From contig NC_134027.1 in assembly GCF_964204645.1 (NCBI RefSeq), positions 19,430,560 through 19,494,559 on the forward strand: a stretch of DNA of 64,000 nt, given 5' to 3'. The translations under genes were made by a program, and so were the position numbers. Under the pieces are notes generated by a model. It did not search any database, was not told the DNA's origin, and saw only the letters and a program-made list of their open reading frames with translations. This DNA is from Tubulanus polymorphus (Eukaryota > Animalia > Nemertea). Of this stretch, positions 1-12,340 are shown in pieces; positions within the stretch are counted from its first letter, which is position 1; the number at the start of each line of letters is the position of its first letter.

Positions 1-1139
1 TCAAAGATTGTCAACATTCCTAGATACGAATGACATTATAAGTGAAGCCCAGGCTGGCTTTAGATCGAAATATTCCACCATTGATCATATTTACACGCTT
101 AAAACAATCGTAGAGCTGTATCTTTGTCAGGGAAGAAGACTTTTAAAAAAATTAATTGCTAACAGTGTTAATGAAAACTTTTTCAATGTGGTCAAAAATA
201 TGTATAATTCCATAAAATCATGTGTTAAATTTAATGGTTGCACATCACAATACTTTGCAGCTGATAGAGGCTTAAGACAAGGCCAAAATCTCTCACCTAT
301 CCTCTTTTCGTTATTCTTAAACGACATCGATGAATTGTTCATTGATCGTGGAAAACCGACTTTGTCATTTATTTAAAAACTAAATTTGAATCGTGACCAG
401 GATATTGATACTTTACTGAATTTATTCATAATACTATACTCAGATGATACAGTTATTCTTGCTGAGGATGAGAAATCTCTTCAGCTACACTTAGATACCT
501 TATTTGAATATTGCGCGGCTAATGGTCTCACTGTAAACTCAAGAGAAAACTAAAGTACTAGTATTTGCGCGAAGTAAATCCCGGATAAAAACGATTTCGA
601 AATTTATGTTTGGTGATCAAGAGTTAGAGGTAGTTGAAGATTATGTTTATCTCGGAGTAAAATTTAATTGGAATGGTAACTTTGCTAAGGAAAAAAAGTA
701 TCTTTACGATAAAGCTATGAGAGCTATGTTTTCGATCGTTCAAAAAGGCAGACGTTTGAAATTGCCCATAGATGTTATGTTTAAATTATTTGATATGTGT
801 GTTGCTCCAATAGCCATGTATGGGTGTGAGATCTGGGGATACGAAAATCTTGATTTATTAGAAAATATTCATTGCTTCTTCTGTAAAATTTTAATGAAAG
901 TGACGAAATATTCTCGAAACTTACAAGTTTTATCAGAGCTAGGACGTTATCCTTTGAATGTAGATGTTAGACGCAGGATGATTAACTTTTGGGTTAAAAC
1001 AGTATCTGGAAAGCAAACAAAACTTAATTCAATACTTTATAAGATATCTTTCGATTTATTTTTAAGGGATAAATTTAAGAGCCCTTGGTTATCATATATA
1101 AAGAAAACCTTTGATGACTGTGGTTTGTCCTGTATTTGA
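1..1139 (+). mobile_element. Degraded non-LTR retrotransposon ORF2 fragment (RT plus C-terminal region), RTE-X-like
   Basis: Motifs QAGFRSKYSTIDHI, GLRQGQNLSPILFSLFLNDI, YSDDTVILAE (about 436-465), YVYLGVKF, YGCEIWG and ELGRYPL. Contains stops, frameshifts and an internal deletion, and runs off the left edge. Confidence 0.85.
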
Positions 1140-1189
1140 ACGCAGCAATTCATGACTGACAGAATCTAAATCTTTTGGAAAATAGATAT

Positions 1190-1398
1190 CTAATGTCGGT
1201 TAGTTTTACTTGCCGACATCGCCGACATTGGGAAAGAGATATTTAATGTCGGCGATGTCGGCAAGTAAAACCAACCGACATTGAATATCTATTTCCCAAT
1301 GTCGGCGATGTCGGCGATGTCGGCAAGTAAAACTAACCAATATCAAATATCTATTTTCCAATATCGGCAATGTCGGCAAGTAAAACTAACCGACATTA
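1190..1398. repeat. Short direct and inverted repeats of TGTCGGCGATGTCGGCAAGTAAAACTAACCGACATT
   Basis: One inverted copy (about 1192-1229) is followed by three direct copies. Confidence 0.75.
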
Positions 1399-1449
1399 AC
1401 TTTAAAATAACCAAATCACAACTTCAGTTTCTATATAATCATACACTGG

Positions 1450-4400
1450 AGGAACTACAATCCCATATACACTATACTTGATTCCGAAACTTCTTTATAC
1501 AGTCTCTGTCTTCAACCGGAATTTGAACTTGGTAGCACATTTTCTCGATATCTCCCATTAGAGCGATGTTCTTCTGTCGGAATCTTAACAACACACCGAG
1601 AAAACTACTAGAAGTAGTAGATCGTTTAACGAAACTCCTTTCCAACGAGCAGAACAGTCAAATACAACTCTGATTTTTCCCTTTTGAGCATAATACACGC
1701 CATGGTGCGGAATGTAATAGACTCTACCGTCATCTCGTTTTAGATCCTTTGGAACAATCTCTGCGTATCCTTTCTCTATTATCGCTTTCATGAATTAATC
1801 ATAATCCTCTCTGAATTGCAGTTGATCTTTCAGTTTCCTCTCAATACTTCTCCACCTCCTTAGTGCGAGCTATCGGTTGTCAGGCATCTGTCATTTCTAA
1901 ACGGCAATCTCATCATGTAATGACCATCTTTGCTAAGACAAATTGAACTCTTCACCTTTTGAAGAAAAAGCTTATCATCTTGAGAATCTTCTCGTTTATC
2001 ATCAACCGAACGCTCTAGAAAATCCATGTTTATGGCAATTTCACCAAATTCTCCAACTCTTCTAGCTGTAAACCAACAAATGATTCGGCCTCGGATGATT
2101 CAATTGACTAACCAGGATATCTGCGAACTCCCCATGGTATCCATCCTATCAGTGTCCTAGTAACATGAGGACTTCCGAGCGGGCCTGTGATGCTCTCGTT
2201 AGGCGCGCAAGCTTCAGCGATGTTATTTCCGATCACTATTCCTCTATATCGGCGTCAATTTTTGGGATGTTTACACCTGCCAAATGAGGCCACTGATCTA
2301 AATCTTCTTGTGTAGGAACATACGCTTTATCGACGGGAATCCTATTCTTCGTATACACTACCGGAAGATCAATCAAATTTTCACCATTCATGTCTCCGAT
2401 TTGGATCCCCTTTAATACCGTTGTTTCTAAGAGGACAGTGTTGCCCATTGTATCAAGTCCAATCTTTTTCTTCCTGCCAGAATGACCCAGTTTATTCATC
2501 AGCGATTCACTGCAAAATGTGACATTACTGCTAGTGTCCATAAAGGCGTAGGTATTCACCACTTCTATATCACCAGAAGCTTTCGCTTTGATGGGAATAA
2601 TTGCCATCTTACAATCAGTGATGATTTCCTGGCGTCGATAAGTAGCGTAGGAATTGACTGGCTCCACCAATTCTTTCAGAGACTTCACCGAAGTAGCCAA
2701 CGCATCAGAACTTGATAGCTGATCATTCTTGGAAATATGCATGATACTAGGGTGCGCCTTTGAGCACACATAACATTCCGCCTTCTTCGGGCAATATCTT
2801 CGTAGATGACCTGATCGTAGACAGGCGAAACACAGATATCTTTTATGTAGGAATTCTAATCTATCGTTGAATGACAATTTGCCAAACCTCTTACACCCCT
2901 CCAGTGAATTGTGCTTTTCTTTACAAATGCGCAAAGCTTGCTAAAACCATCATCCTTCAGCGTCGTCTTCCATTTCGGGTGTAGGCCAGATGACTGCTCC
3001 GATACGTTACTAGCTATCTTGGACGGAGTATCTGGGAGCTATCGGATTAACCATAAGTGACGATTTACAAATCGCTTCCCGACCATATACAGGGTCGTTG
3101 GCTTTCTTTGATTCTTGTCTGACGAAATCAACCAGATCACTGAATCTGACGGATTGACCCCTGTCTTTTAGAGTCATAGCAAGGTAACGCCATCTATCAT
3201 GTAGTTGTAATTTGTAGATCAATATTTTCATGCTGTCAGAATATTCCAAAACCTTTTCAGCTTCAATGCCTCTTACTGCAATTTCACATTCCATCAATGA
3301 TATTGAGAAGTCATCCAACATATCTATCCCATTTAATAGATGGCCAATCCAGGGCTCCCTTGATGAAGGCGTGTGCTATCACCTGTGGATCGCCATACCT
3401 GTCCTGCAATTCTTTCATAGCTGCATCGAATCCCCTGTTACTGTCCCAGTAACTGTAACCTGTGACAATTCGATTAGCTTCCCCTACTGTGAAGTGTTCC
3501 AAGTAGCTCATCTGTTCATCATCATCATCTGCAACCTGAACAATCTTGAATTGACGGATGAAGCTGTTATACTCGAGAGGACTTCCGCCAAATTTTCTAC
3601 AATATTTCTACGACAGGTTTCTTTAATTGACGAACCATAGATGATATCATATCTGCTGCCCCGGGCAACAGGGTTGCAAAATTCGGCTGAATATGGCCGA
3701 TTCTCAACTGGCTGATGCGTCATTGGTATTGGTCCCTGGTAATCAACACTAGTATAAACGGATGCGATTCTGGATTCAGAGGTTTAGGCACATCATCCTG
3801 AGCACAATCGCAGGACAGATTCAACGGGTCAACAGCATCAAATTCGCCAATCAAATCGTCTATTACCTAAGTGCGTGCTCCCGCCACGGCTATCTCAGTA
3901 TTAAGATCAAGAGCTCCCTCTTCCTGTTTAAGGCGTAACTGAGACTCCTTAAAAGCTGCTTGCTTTTTAATGCTTCTGCCCTAGCTTTCAACTCAGCCAT
4001 TCGCTGGGCTTCGTTGATTCTTGCGCCCATAATCGAACTGGCTATAGATGATCTGGACCTATAATATAGATCGCCCAGAAGTATGACTTTTCTGCGATGC
4101 CGTGTCGTCGTGTTTTTGCGAGACGATACGCTGCGAGGAGTTTCTAGCGAACCAGCTTTCCATGAAGGCTTTGAAAGTGTTTATCTCAGAATCTCGCTTA
4201 ATGTAGAAATCGTTGAGGTACTCTACTCGCTGTGACTCCGAGTACAAGTTGCACAGTTTCTCATGTGTTTCCAAGAAGACTTCATAATCGGAGAGCCATG
4301 ACTTGTTTAACAACACTAAATGTCACTTATAATTGTTATACATATTTCATCTATATTTCCTATTTCTTTATTGTTTTATGTCTCCATCTAATTACTCATT

Positions 4401-5150
4401 GTCCTTTGAGACCGTTTGTCTGTGTCAGAATGTGTTAATCGTTGTTTGTCTCTCTGTCATGTCACAACTCGTCACCTCTGTTTTTGTATCATTTTCCATG
4501 TCTCAACCTGTCTTGAATCTGTGTTATATAAATAGCTATGTGTAAAAATAAAATCAGTTCCAGTTTTGGTATTCCAAGCTGTTAGTCTCACCGTCTTCGC
4601 TCTGTTCCATCCTTCACGAATAGGACCGAAAATAGCTTTACTAAACTTGTACTGGCTCTGAATAATGTTATATTCAGAGTCTAAATCCGAAACACACGCA
4701 TTCCGTAAACTTTCAGCCTTTTCGCGTAAACCACGGAATTGTTGGTCTACCTTTTGTTTGGTTATTTCAGATACTGTTGACCTTTCTCTATAAAAGTCTG
4801 GCGCCACGACCCAAAACTTCATCCGAGCTCTTGCTGGTTACATTCCATGTTTCGTTTAATGATGAAACCAATACATCCAACAATGTAAACAAACAACGAT
4901 CACTCCCAGTAATTCCATATCTTTAAACACGACGTCAAGTCGATTAAACTACAACATATAATTTAATACAAATTAACATTAAGACAGATCTTAATGAAAA
5001 AAAAAAGATACAAGACTAATAATTAGATAATTTGAGGCTTACCGAGTTATGGGCTAGTAGCCTGGAATGTCATTTTAACTTTAAGTATTACAAAAACCAA
5101 AACCAGCATACTCGCACACTCGAATTTATTTTTCGACCATTCAACCTTTG
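1450..5150 (-). mobile_element. Degraded BEL/Pao LTR retrotransposon (gag, triple zinc knuckle, protease, start of RT), 3' part missing
   Basis: BEL-type triple Cys-His cluster (CKEKH..C, CFACLRSGHLRRYC, CYVCSKAHPSIMH), protease AFMDTSSNVTFCS, RT start YYIPHHGVY...KIRVVFDCSA...SLNDLLL, and gag segments at 3010-3511, 4059-4316 and 4645-4822. Outer limits are approximate. Confidence 0.88.
4307..4644 (+). mobile_element. Solo-LTR-like insertion in the BEL gag gene
   Basis: Flanked by ACTTGT (4301-4306 and 4645-4650). Contains TATATAAATA followed by AATAAAATCAGTT. Removing it restores the gag frame IIQSQYKSWLSDYEVF. Confidence 0.7.
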
Positions 5151-5478
5151 ACTTGAAAGCCTATTAATCCTAATAATTTCATATAAATGAACATTATTTA
5201 AATGAATTTCATATATTTTAAAATAATTTCATGTTTTAAAAGTGAGAGTGAAATGTTAGCATAATAATCTAGAAAAATAAAATCAAATATAGATTTCGAA
5301 TGATAAAAAATCAATTTTAAACATAAAAAGTGTGAGTAAAGTGTGAGTGAAATAATTCATATTTAAATCAGTGAATATTTATATTTATATGTGTTAAATT
5401 CTTATTTTCAATATAAAAGTAACGAGTAATTAACGAGTTGAAGAAAATATCAATTTTAATAAAAAAAATGGCTAATAA

Positions 5479-5784
5479 ATGAATGAACAGATACTATAGT
5501 TCAAAGATATCGATTTAAATGAATTAGAAAAATATTTTACTATTAGAAATTTTATTCCTTTTATTAAAGATTTGATTAAAACTGGACGTTTTCGTTTTCA
5601 AGTGAATAATATTACTGAATTAATATTTAAAAATCATTATCTAATGATAGAGTTATCGAATGATAAAAATAAAATCGTATTCAATACAATAATTCCAAAA
5701 TTCACAACATTTGATGAAATAGATCAACATTTAATAATTACAGATGAAATGCAATCACTTTTAAATAATGAAAATTCACATTAA
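5479..5784 (+). pseudogene. Small intronless ORF of unknown function with one early stop, possibly of viral or Polinton origin
   Basis: AATAAATG start at 5479 is in frame with the 5572-5784 ORF (MNEQIL*FKDIDLNELEKYF...). Confidence 0.35.
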
Positions 5785-5807
5785 ACATTATTTCTTCACT
5801 TACGTTA

Positions 5808-6059
5808 TTGCCCTTTCAGAGAATGCTATGTAAAATGTTTTTCAGAGTAGAAGAAAAAAGATTTACCCCTGACATTCCAAATGAAAAATCATTCAAAGAT
5901 GTGGGAATTCAATGTAACTTAGACAATAAAATCGAAACACCTAAATATGAACCTAATGAAAAAGCGTTATGTTATTGTGGAAAATATTATACTCAAAGCA
6001 ATAAATCACGTCATCTCAAATCAAAATATCATCACTCAAAAATAATAATTCAACTCTAA
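5808..6059 (+). CDS. Small ORF with a C-terminal CxC-x11-H-x5-H zinc-finger-like motif
   Basis: CYCGKYYTQSNKSRHLKSKYH. Expression is not shown, and the 5' end could be a splice acceptor (tttttcag near 5845). Confidence 0.4.
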   Translation: MPFQRMLCKMFFRVEEKRFTPDIPNEKSFKDVGIQCNLDNKIETPKYEPNEKALCYCGKYYTQSNKSRHLKSKYHHSKIIIQL

Positions 6060-6108
6060 ATATTCAAAAAGATATTTCAAATCACATTTAATTTTTTTCT
6101 TTTAATAA

Positions 6109-6330
6109 ATGGATGGTATCAGCATTCCAATTGGGAAAAGTGATTTGAAACATTATTTAGTTGCAGGAGGGTTAATATTGGCTGCATTATACTTTTACTA
6201 TGAAAATATTTCAAAAGATCTGTTAAATGAAAACATTAAATTGAGTAAAAAGTTAAAGAAATTAAATGGAAACAATCACAGAAAAAATAACAATAAAAAA
6301 GTTAATGATTTAAATGATTTGGAGGATTAA
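6109..6330 (+). CDS. Small predicted single-pass membrane protein (73 aa) of unknown function
   Basis: T-tract plus AATAAATG start context, hydrophobic segment YLVAGGLILAALYFYY, then a K/N-rich tail. Confidence 0.4.
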   Translation: MDGISIPIGKSDLKHYLVAGGLILAALYFYYENISKDLLNENIKLSKKLKKLNGNNHRKNNNKKVNDLNDLED

Positions 6331-7085
6331 AACAGCGCTTTCAATAGGAATTTTCCCGGTTTCCGACATGAAGGTACGATTCGTGGAGGTCACACGGTGT
6401 TTTATTTAAAAAAGATAATTGTTAAAAAATAGGCCTTTAAAATATTGTTGACGTGATTTTTTTCTAAATGATGACTTTTGTCGAGAAGCACTAGAGTGAA
6501 CGGAAAGGTCTTACGTGATTTAGCGCCAAAGTAGCTCGGACACAAAAAATAAATTAATTGTTGTACAGGGTGTAGACCATCCATTTTTTTGCGTGGCGCA
6601 GAAACCAAACGAACTTCTAATTTTCGCTATTGCGGCGCATAGAAACGGAAGAAAAATCGAATTAGTTTGTGCTACCGCTCTGAAATTGAACCATCCCCAT
6701 CTTCCCCCGTCAAGGGATTCGAACCCACTACGCTAGCTGTTCGCCGAACCCCTTGACCTCACGAGTCGTTGGAGTCGTTACTAGCCGACCAGTATCTGGT
6801 CGTACCAACATCAGCGCTTGTAACAAACGACTTTAGGCTTCTATTGGTTTTCCCGTTAAATAGACCAATCAGCGAACGTTTTACTGAACAAGGAAGTATT
6901 TCGCAAATCGATATATGACGTCATGCGCAACAGCGCCAGTAATGAAATCACGCTTCGTGAGGCCAGGGGGGCTGGTGGAAGCACAGGGACTTGTCACGTT
7001 TAGACTGTATGCATTCGACCAGATAACACGTGTTTCACTCGAGCTCCAGTAGAATACTACAATACAATAATACTACAACTCCGCC

Positions 7086-7898
7086 ATGTCTCAAAAACCA
7101 GCGCAGAAAATGTCATCAACTGACATGCAGAAGGAGGTTCAAACGCTAAAAGAATCTAACCAGCAATTGACCAAAAAGTCGAAGATATGGAAAAAACGAT
7201 ATCCGCTCTTCTCGCGCGCATGACTACCTTAGAAAACAGGGAACTAAACGCAAATCAAGTTATGTCTGAAGACAATGATAAAAATCGTTCAAATTCCGAA
7301 CGCCGACAAGATCAACGCAAAATAACCGGTTTAGTTATTGCTGATAGCAATAGGAAATACGTATCACCCGCAGGACTCAGCTTCGGAAATCGTAAGTATA
7401 TCATTTATCCGTGTCCATTATTATCAGATGTCAAAGAAACAATTACTAAAAGAAACTCTGATAACCGTTTTGCTGCATGTGGGTACAAACGACTGGGATT
7501 CTAAACAGGAAAAACAGATTATCACCGATGTTAAAAAATCTATAGAAGCTGTGCGAGAGTTTTGGCCCGATACGAAAGCTAAATTCTTACAAATTCTGCA
7601 ACGTCAAGACACTTCAATCGAGGATTTAGACAAACTAAACAACAAAATCGAAAAAACTGTCAAAGAAAAAGACGCGTATTTCGTTCGCCATCGTATCTCC
7701 ATCGATGATCTCCACGACAACAAACATGTTAAGAAAGACTCTATCTACAAACTAGCTCTGACCTGGAAAGCCGTTTTAAACCCTCCACATTATCGTGCCA
7801 GATCGATGAGGAAACCAGCGACCGACTCTTATAACTCCTTCGGCGGCAACAACGCAGACCTCATGTCACTCTTCAGGAAATTAAGTTCACTTCTTTAA
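7086..7898 (+). pseudogene. LINE ORF1: coiled coil plus SGNH esterase-like domain (frameshifted)
   Basis: Esterase blocks LVIADS, LLHVGTND and DxxH (DNKH) are spread over frames 7187-7504 and 7338-7898. Confidence 0.75.
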
Positions 7899-8774
7899 AA
7901 GCATATAAAAAACCTCACTGCGACCTTCGAGAGTCCGGGATTACCATCTTATTTCACCAGTAACGGAATGCGAAATCGGTAGCTTGTTTTCGAATTGCTA
8001 CTGGTCATTACTTATTAAAACATTTTCAACACTTGGATTTCAATTACACATAACTACTACCTGGATTACTACCGTTCACTATTACAATCGTTCGCTTCGG
8101 ATTGAAATATTCTTTCTGGATTCCCTCGAAATCTGTTGCCTCGCCATATTTTCGCTCGTTACTGATCAGATGCTAAATTGGATTTTCGTATTGGATTACA
8201 ACCACTCGCTACTGCTTTTCGTTTCACCAGTGTTTCTCGGATTTAGATATTCGTTATTCGTTATTCAATATTCATTATTCATATTCATATTTATATTTTT
8301 TTTGGACTACATTTGTTATTTTCGTAATAAGCGGACTCCAATGTTACACCTGGTCTAAAACCAAAATTTTCGAATATCAAATGGACTCTCATTGTTAGCA
8401 AATTGTTGTGCTCCCTTGCCTGTATAGTGTTTATCCCTATGTAATTAAGCCTTTGTTATATATCAATTATTTCCCCAGCCTAGGGGCTGCTTCTACAGTA
8501 TTCTACTAATTGCTCACTCGGTGACTATTCTTGTTTATTTTACGTGTTAATAAGTGCTAATTAGTGTCACCACCCCTAAGATTGAATTTATATAATAACG
8601 ACTCAGCCACTTGACCTCAACTCAGTTGTAAACCAAATTAATTTAGCTGCATCTCAAAATCATATCAACGATGACATTTTCAATTTTACGCCCTCTCCTT
8701 ATTATGAATTAGATGCCCTAATTGATACCATTGAACTCCAGAAAAAATCATTAAGAACCAGTAACCTTAAAATT

Positions 8775-11700
8775 TTGAATTGGAACTGCAACGGTTTAAG
8801 AAGTAAACTTGAGGACTTATCAACTTTCTTATATTTGCTCCAATCTAAGTGCAACTTTCATTTTGATGTTATCTCTCTTCAAGAGATCAAATTAGACTCC
8901 GAAATGACTTCTACCATTAAGTTAGATTCATACAATTTTGAAGCCTTCTGTCGTAATGCTCATGGAGGTGGGATAGGTTCTTTCATATGTAGGAACCTTC
9001 GATACTCTATAATGAATGATTTAACGTCTTGCAAGGATGATATCTTCCAGTGGAAATTTGTGAAAGTTTGGAGAAGTAAATTTAGAAAAGACTACAAGAT
9101 CATTGGCTCAGTGTATAGACCCCCGAATAGCAACATATCCGACTTCATTACTAAATTTAAACAAACTCTCACAAAATTAAAAAACAAAAATCAGGAAATA
9201 ATTATCTGTGGTGACTTCAATATAGATCTTCTTAAGTGTAACGATGAAAACTATAGTTCTCAATTTTTTGAATTGATGGTTGGAAATTCCTTCAAACCCC
9301 TTATCACTCTTCCAACGAGAGTTACACACAAAAGCGCTACATTAATAGACAACATCTTCACAAACCGCTCACACAAATACTCTTCTGGTATAATCACGTC
9401 TCCGCTCTTTGACCATTTCCTTACTTTCACCTGCAATACGACTACAACAGAAGCACCAAACAGTAAATTCTCTTTTTCCAACAACTTCTTAGATAAATCT
9501 GCCATCAAAAAGATTCACGACAACATTTTAGACTCAAATATCCTTACCTCCTTCGATGAGTCTCTAACAGTAAACACTAACTTCGACAATTTCTCCTCAG
9601 AAATTTACCGTCAAATTTCCAATGCATCATCCAACAAAAAGAAATTCCACAAATTTAGAATGGCAAAAAAACCGTGGATAACCAGGGGTATCATACAATC
9701 TATGTATAATCGTGATAAGAAATATAAACATCTACTCTCCCTAAAAAATGAAATTGCCTATCAAGTCGAACTCTCTCTTTAAAAAATATCGCAACAAACT
9801 TAATGAGATAATTAAACTTTCGAAGAAACTTCACTTTCAAAAAGCACTATCTCTTTCCAATGGGAATGTTAAAAAAACCTGGAACATTCTCAAAACTATC
9901 ATCGGTAAAACTAACAATAAGTCTGACATTATTCACACCTTCAACATTAACAATGAAGAAACCTCGGACCCTCATTTAATCGCTAACTCATTCAACAAAC
10001 AGTACAACGACATAGGGTCAAATCTTGCCAGAAAATTACTTACTCCAACGCAGTCATATATTGACTATCTAAATCGTACACCTAGGCACAATACTAATTT
10101 TTTTCTCACGCCAGTCACAGAATTGGAAGTTATTCGCACGGTAAACAGTCTTAAATCGAAACACAGTTACGGCGATGACTCGCTATCCACATTTCTGCTA
10201 CAACAAATTATCTTACTAATTTCTTCCCCGCTAACTAATCTTATAAACCAATCATTTAAATTAGGTATATTTCCTAACTCTCTCAAAATATCAAAAATAA
10301 TTCCACTTCACAAAACAGGGGATAAATCGAGCTTAGAAAACTATAGACCAATATCTTTATTAAACTCTCTGTCAAAGGTTTATGAAAAGCTCATGCATAA
10401 TAGATTACATGCATAATTACCTACTTAGACAACAAGCTTTCCTCATCTCAATATGGTTTCCGAAAGGGCCACTCAACTGAACATGCCATTGTGGAATTAA
10501 CTGAGCGTATATCCACAGTTATCAACAACAAATACTGGTCAATTGGAATCTTTCTTGATCTTTCTAAAGCTTTTGACACGCTCAACCATGATATTCTTAT
10601 TCATAAGCTTCAGCACTACGGTATACGAGGAACTGCTCTTAATTGGTTGTCCTCCTTTTTATCAAACAGACACCAATATGTTTCTTTTCAATCTGTTAAA
10701 TCATCTGTTCTTGAGATTTTCTGTGGAGTACCTCAAGGTTCTATCCTCGGGGCATTATTATTCCTCGTCTATATCAATGACTTGTACATTTCAACACCTA
10801 ACTTAGACTTAGTTCTTTTCGCGGACGACACTACAGGGTTGGCGTATGACAGGGACATAAATTCTCTTCTAACAAAAGTTAATAAGGATTTAGACTCTCT
10901 TCACGATTGGTTACTTGCTAATACACTATCTCTCAACATGGAAAAAACCAAATTTATCCTATTCCACTCTAGTCAACGTAAGCCTTTCATTAGTAATGCA
11001 TTGAGAAATCCCCTAAAACTGTTTATTAAAGGTAAAGAGATAAGTAGAGTAGATCACATTAATTTTTTAGGCATTATTTTACAAGAAAACCTTAACTGGA
11101 AACCCCACATAGAAAAAGTTCACAAACGAATTTCACGAGGCCTGGGTATGATCTATAAATGCAGTCAAATTCTAAATCAAAATCACCTCATCCTCATCTA
11201 CAATGCACTTGTCCTTCCTCACATAAACCATGGTATATTATCATGGGGTCACTCACCACAGAGGCGGATCCAGGGGCATGGGTAGACAGTATTCGAAGGA
11301 AATTTAAGGGCACCTTTCTGATCTTAGGGCACACCCAGTATCCAGGTCAATGCGAGCGCCGAAGGGGGGGGGGAAGTCCTTAGAGGGGGGTTTGGGGGCC
11401 CACCCCCAGAAAATTTTGAAAATATGGTACCATTTAAAGGCTTTTAGAGGGCTTCTAGAGGCTAGCAGAGCAATCCAGGATAAACGAATTCGAGACAAGA
11501 TTTCAACACATGCGGATAAAAATGAAGCTGGTGAACCCATGAAAGAATGGTTGTCGCCAACTTCGCCTAGTGCCCCTATAATCTTTAAAAGTGTCCCTTA
11601 ACAATTATACAGAATACGGCTAAGTGCCCCTTCATTGTTAACAATCGGCAAAAATTGCCTCGTCTTCACATTTATCCTTATGTCGTGCAATCTTCCAAAC

Positions 11701-12340
11701 CAAAAGTGCCCCTAAAATTTTAAAAAATTAGGCAAAAAAGTGCCCTTTTCTTCAACATTTTCCGCGTATAGTGCCCTCTTCTAAAGTACGAGTGCCCCTT
11801 TAGCCCTCTCTGAAAAGGCAAGGAAGGACAAGGTGCCCTCATCTAAAGAATGAGTGCCCCTTGCAAAAGGAAAGTGCCCTTTTTAATTTATCATAATTAA
11901 AGGCTTTACAAATATGATTATCTCTCCTCACTTTCTTGGTAGCAGTATATACCGATTAATTTTATAATTATGCCCGGATTACGGACACGGAATTAGCGGT
12001 TGCTGAAATAATGCCGTTAAAAATATTGCCGGTGAAATTTCGAAGGGCACTTAAAAATTCTAGACCGTATTGGGCAATACGGCTAATACGGTCTGGATCC
12101 GCCCCTGCACCACACACGCAAAAATGTCTTTTACTTCAAAAACAAATAACTCGAATTATTACTAAGTCTAACTTTACTGCCCACTCTGAACCACTCTTCA
12201 AACAACTTAATCTTCTCAAAATAAATGATCTCTACACACTTAAAGCCACTCTTTTAATCTATGACACACTCAAAAACAACCCTCCAAAATACTTCAAAAA
12301 CTTATTTACTGCAGATCTTCTCTCTCAACAAATTATCTAA
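8775..12340 (+). pseudogene. LINE ORF2: apurinic-like endonuclease plus reverse transcriptase, frameshifted and interrupted
   Basis: Motifs NWNCNGL, SLQE, YRPP, GDFNID, TLIDNIF, NYRPISLL, FLDLSKAFD, GVPQGSILG and FADDT. Frameshifts near 9780 and 10420 and an insertion at 11259-12107. Confidence 0.9.
11259..12107. mobile_element. Non-autonomous hAT-like (hAT5-type) DNA transposon nested in the LINE
   Basis: TIR CAGAGGCGGATCC...GGATCCGCCCCTG, 5-bp TSD CACCA, internal AGTGCCC repeats. Excision restores SWGHSP-HTQKC. Confidence 0.85.

Noticed and set aside
4472-4822. Independent orphan or viral gene
   Set aside because: Explained as the BEL gag N-terminus reading into the solo-LTR insert.
6700-6800. 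tRNA gene
   Set aside because: B-box only; no acceptor stem, D-arm or anticodon arm could be folded.
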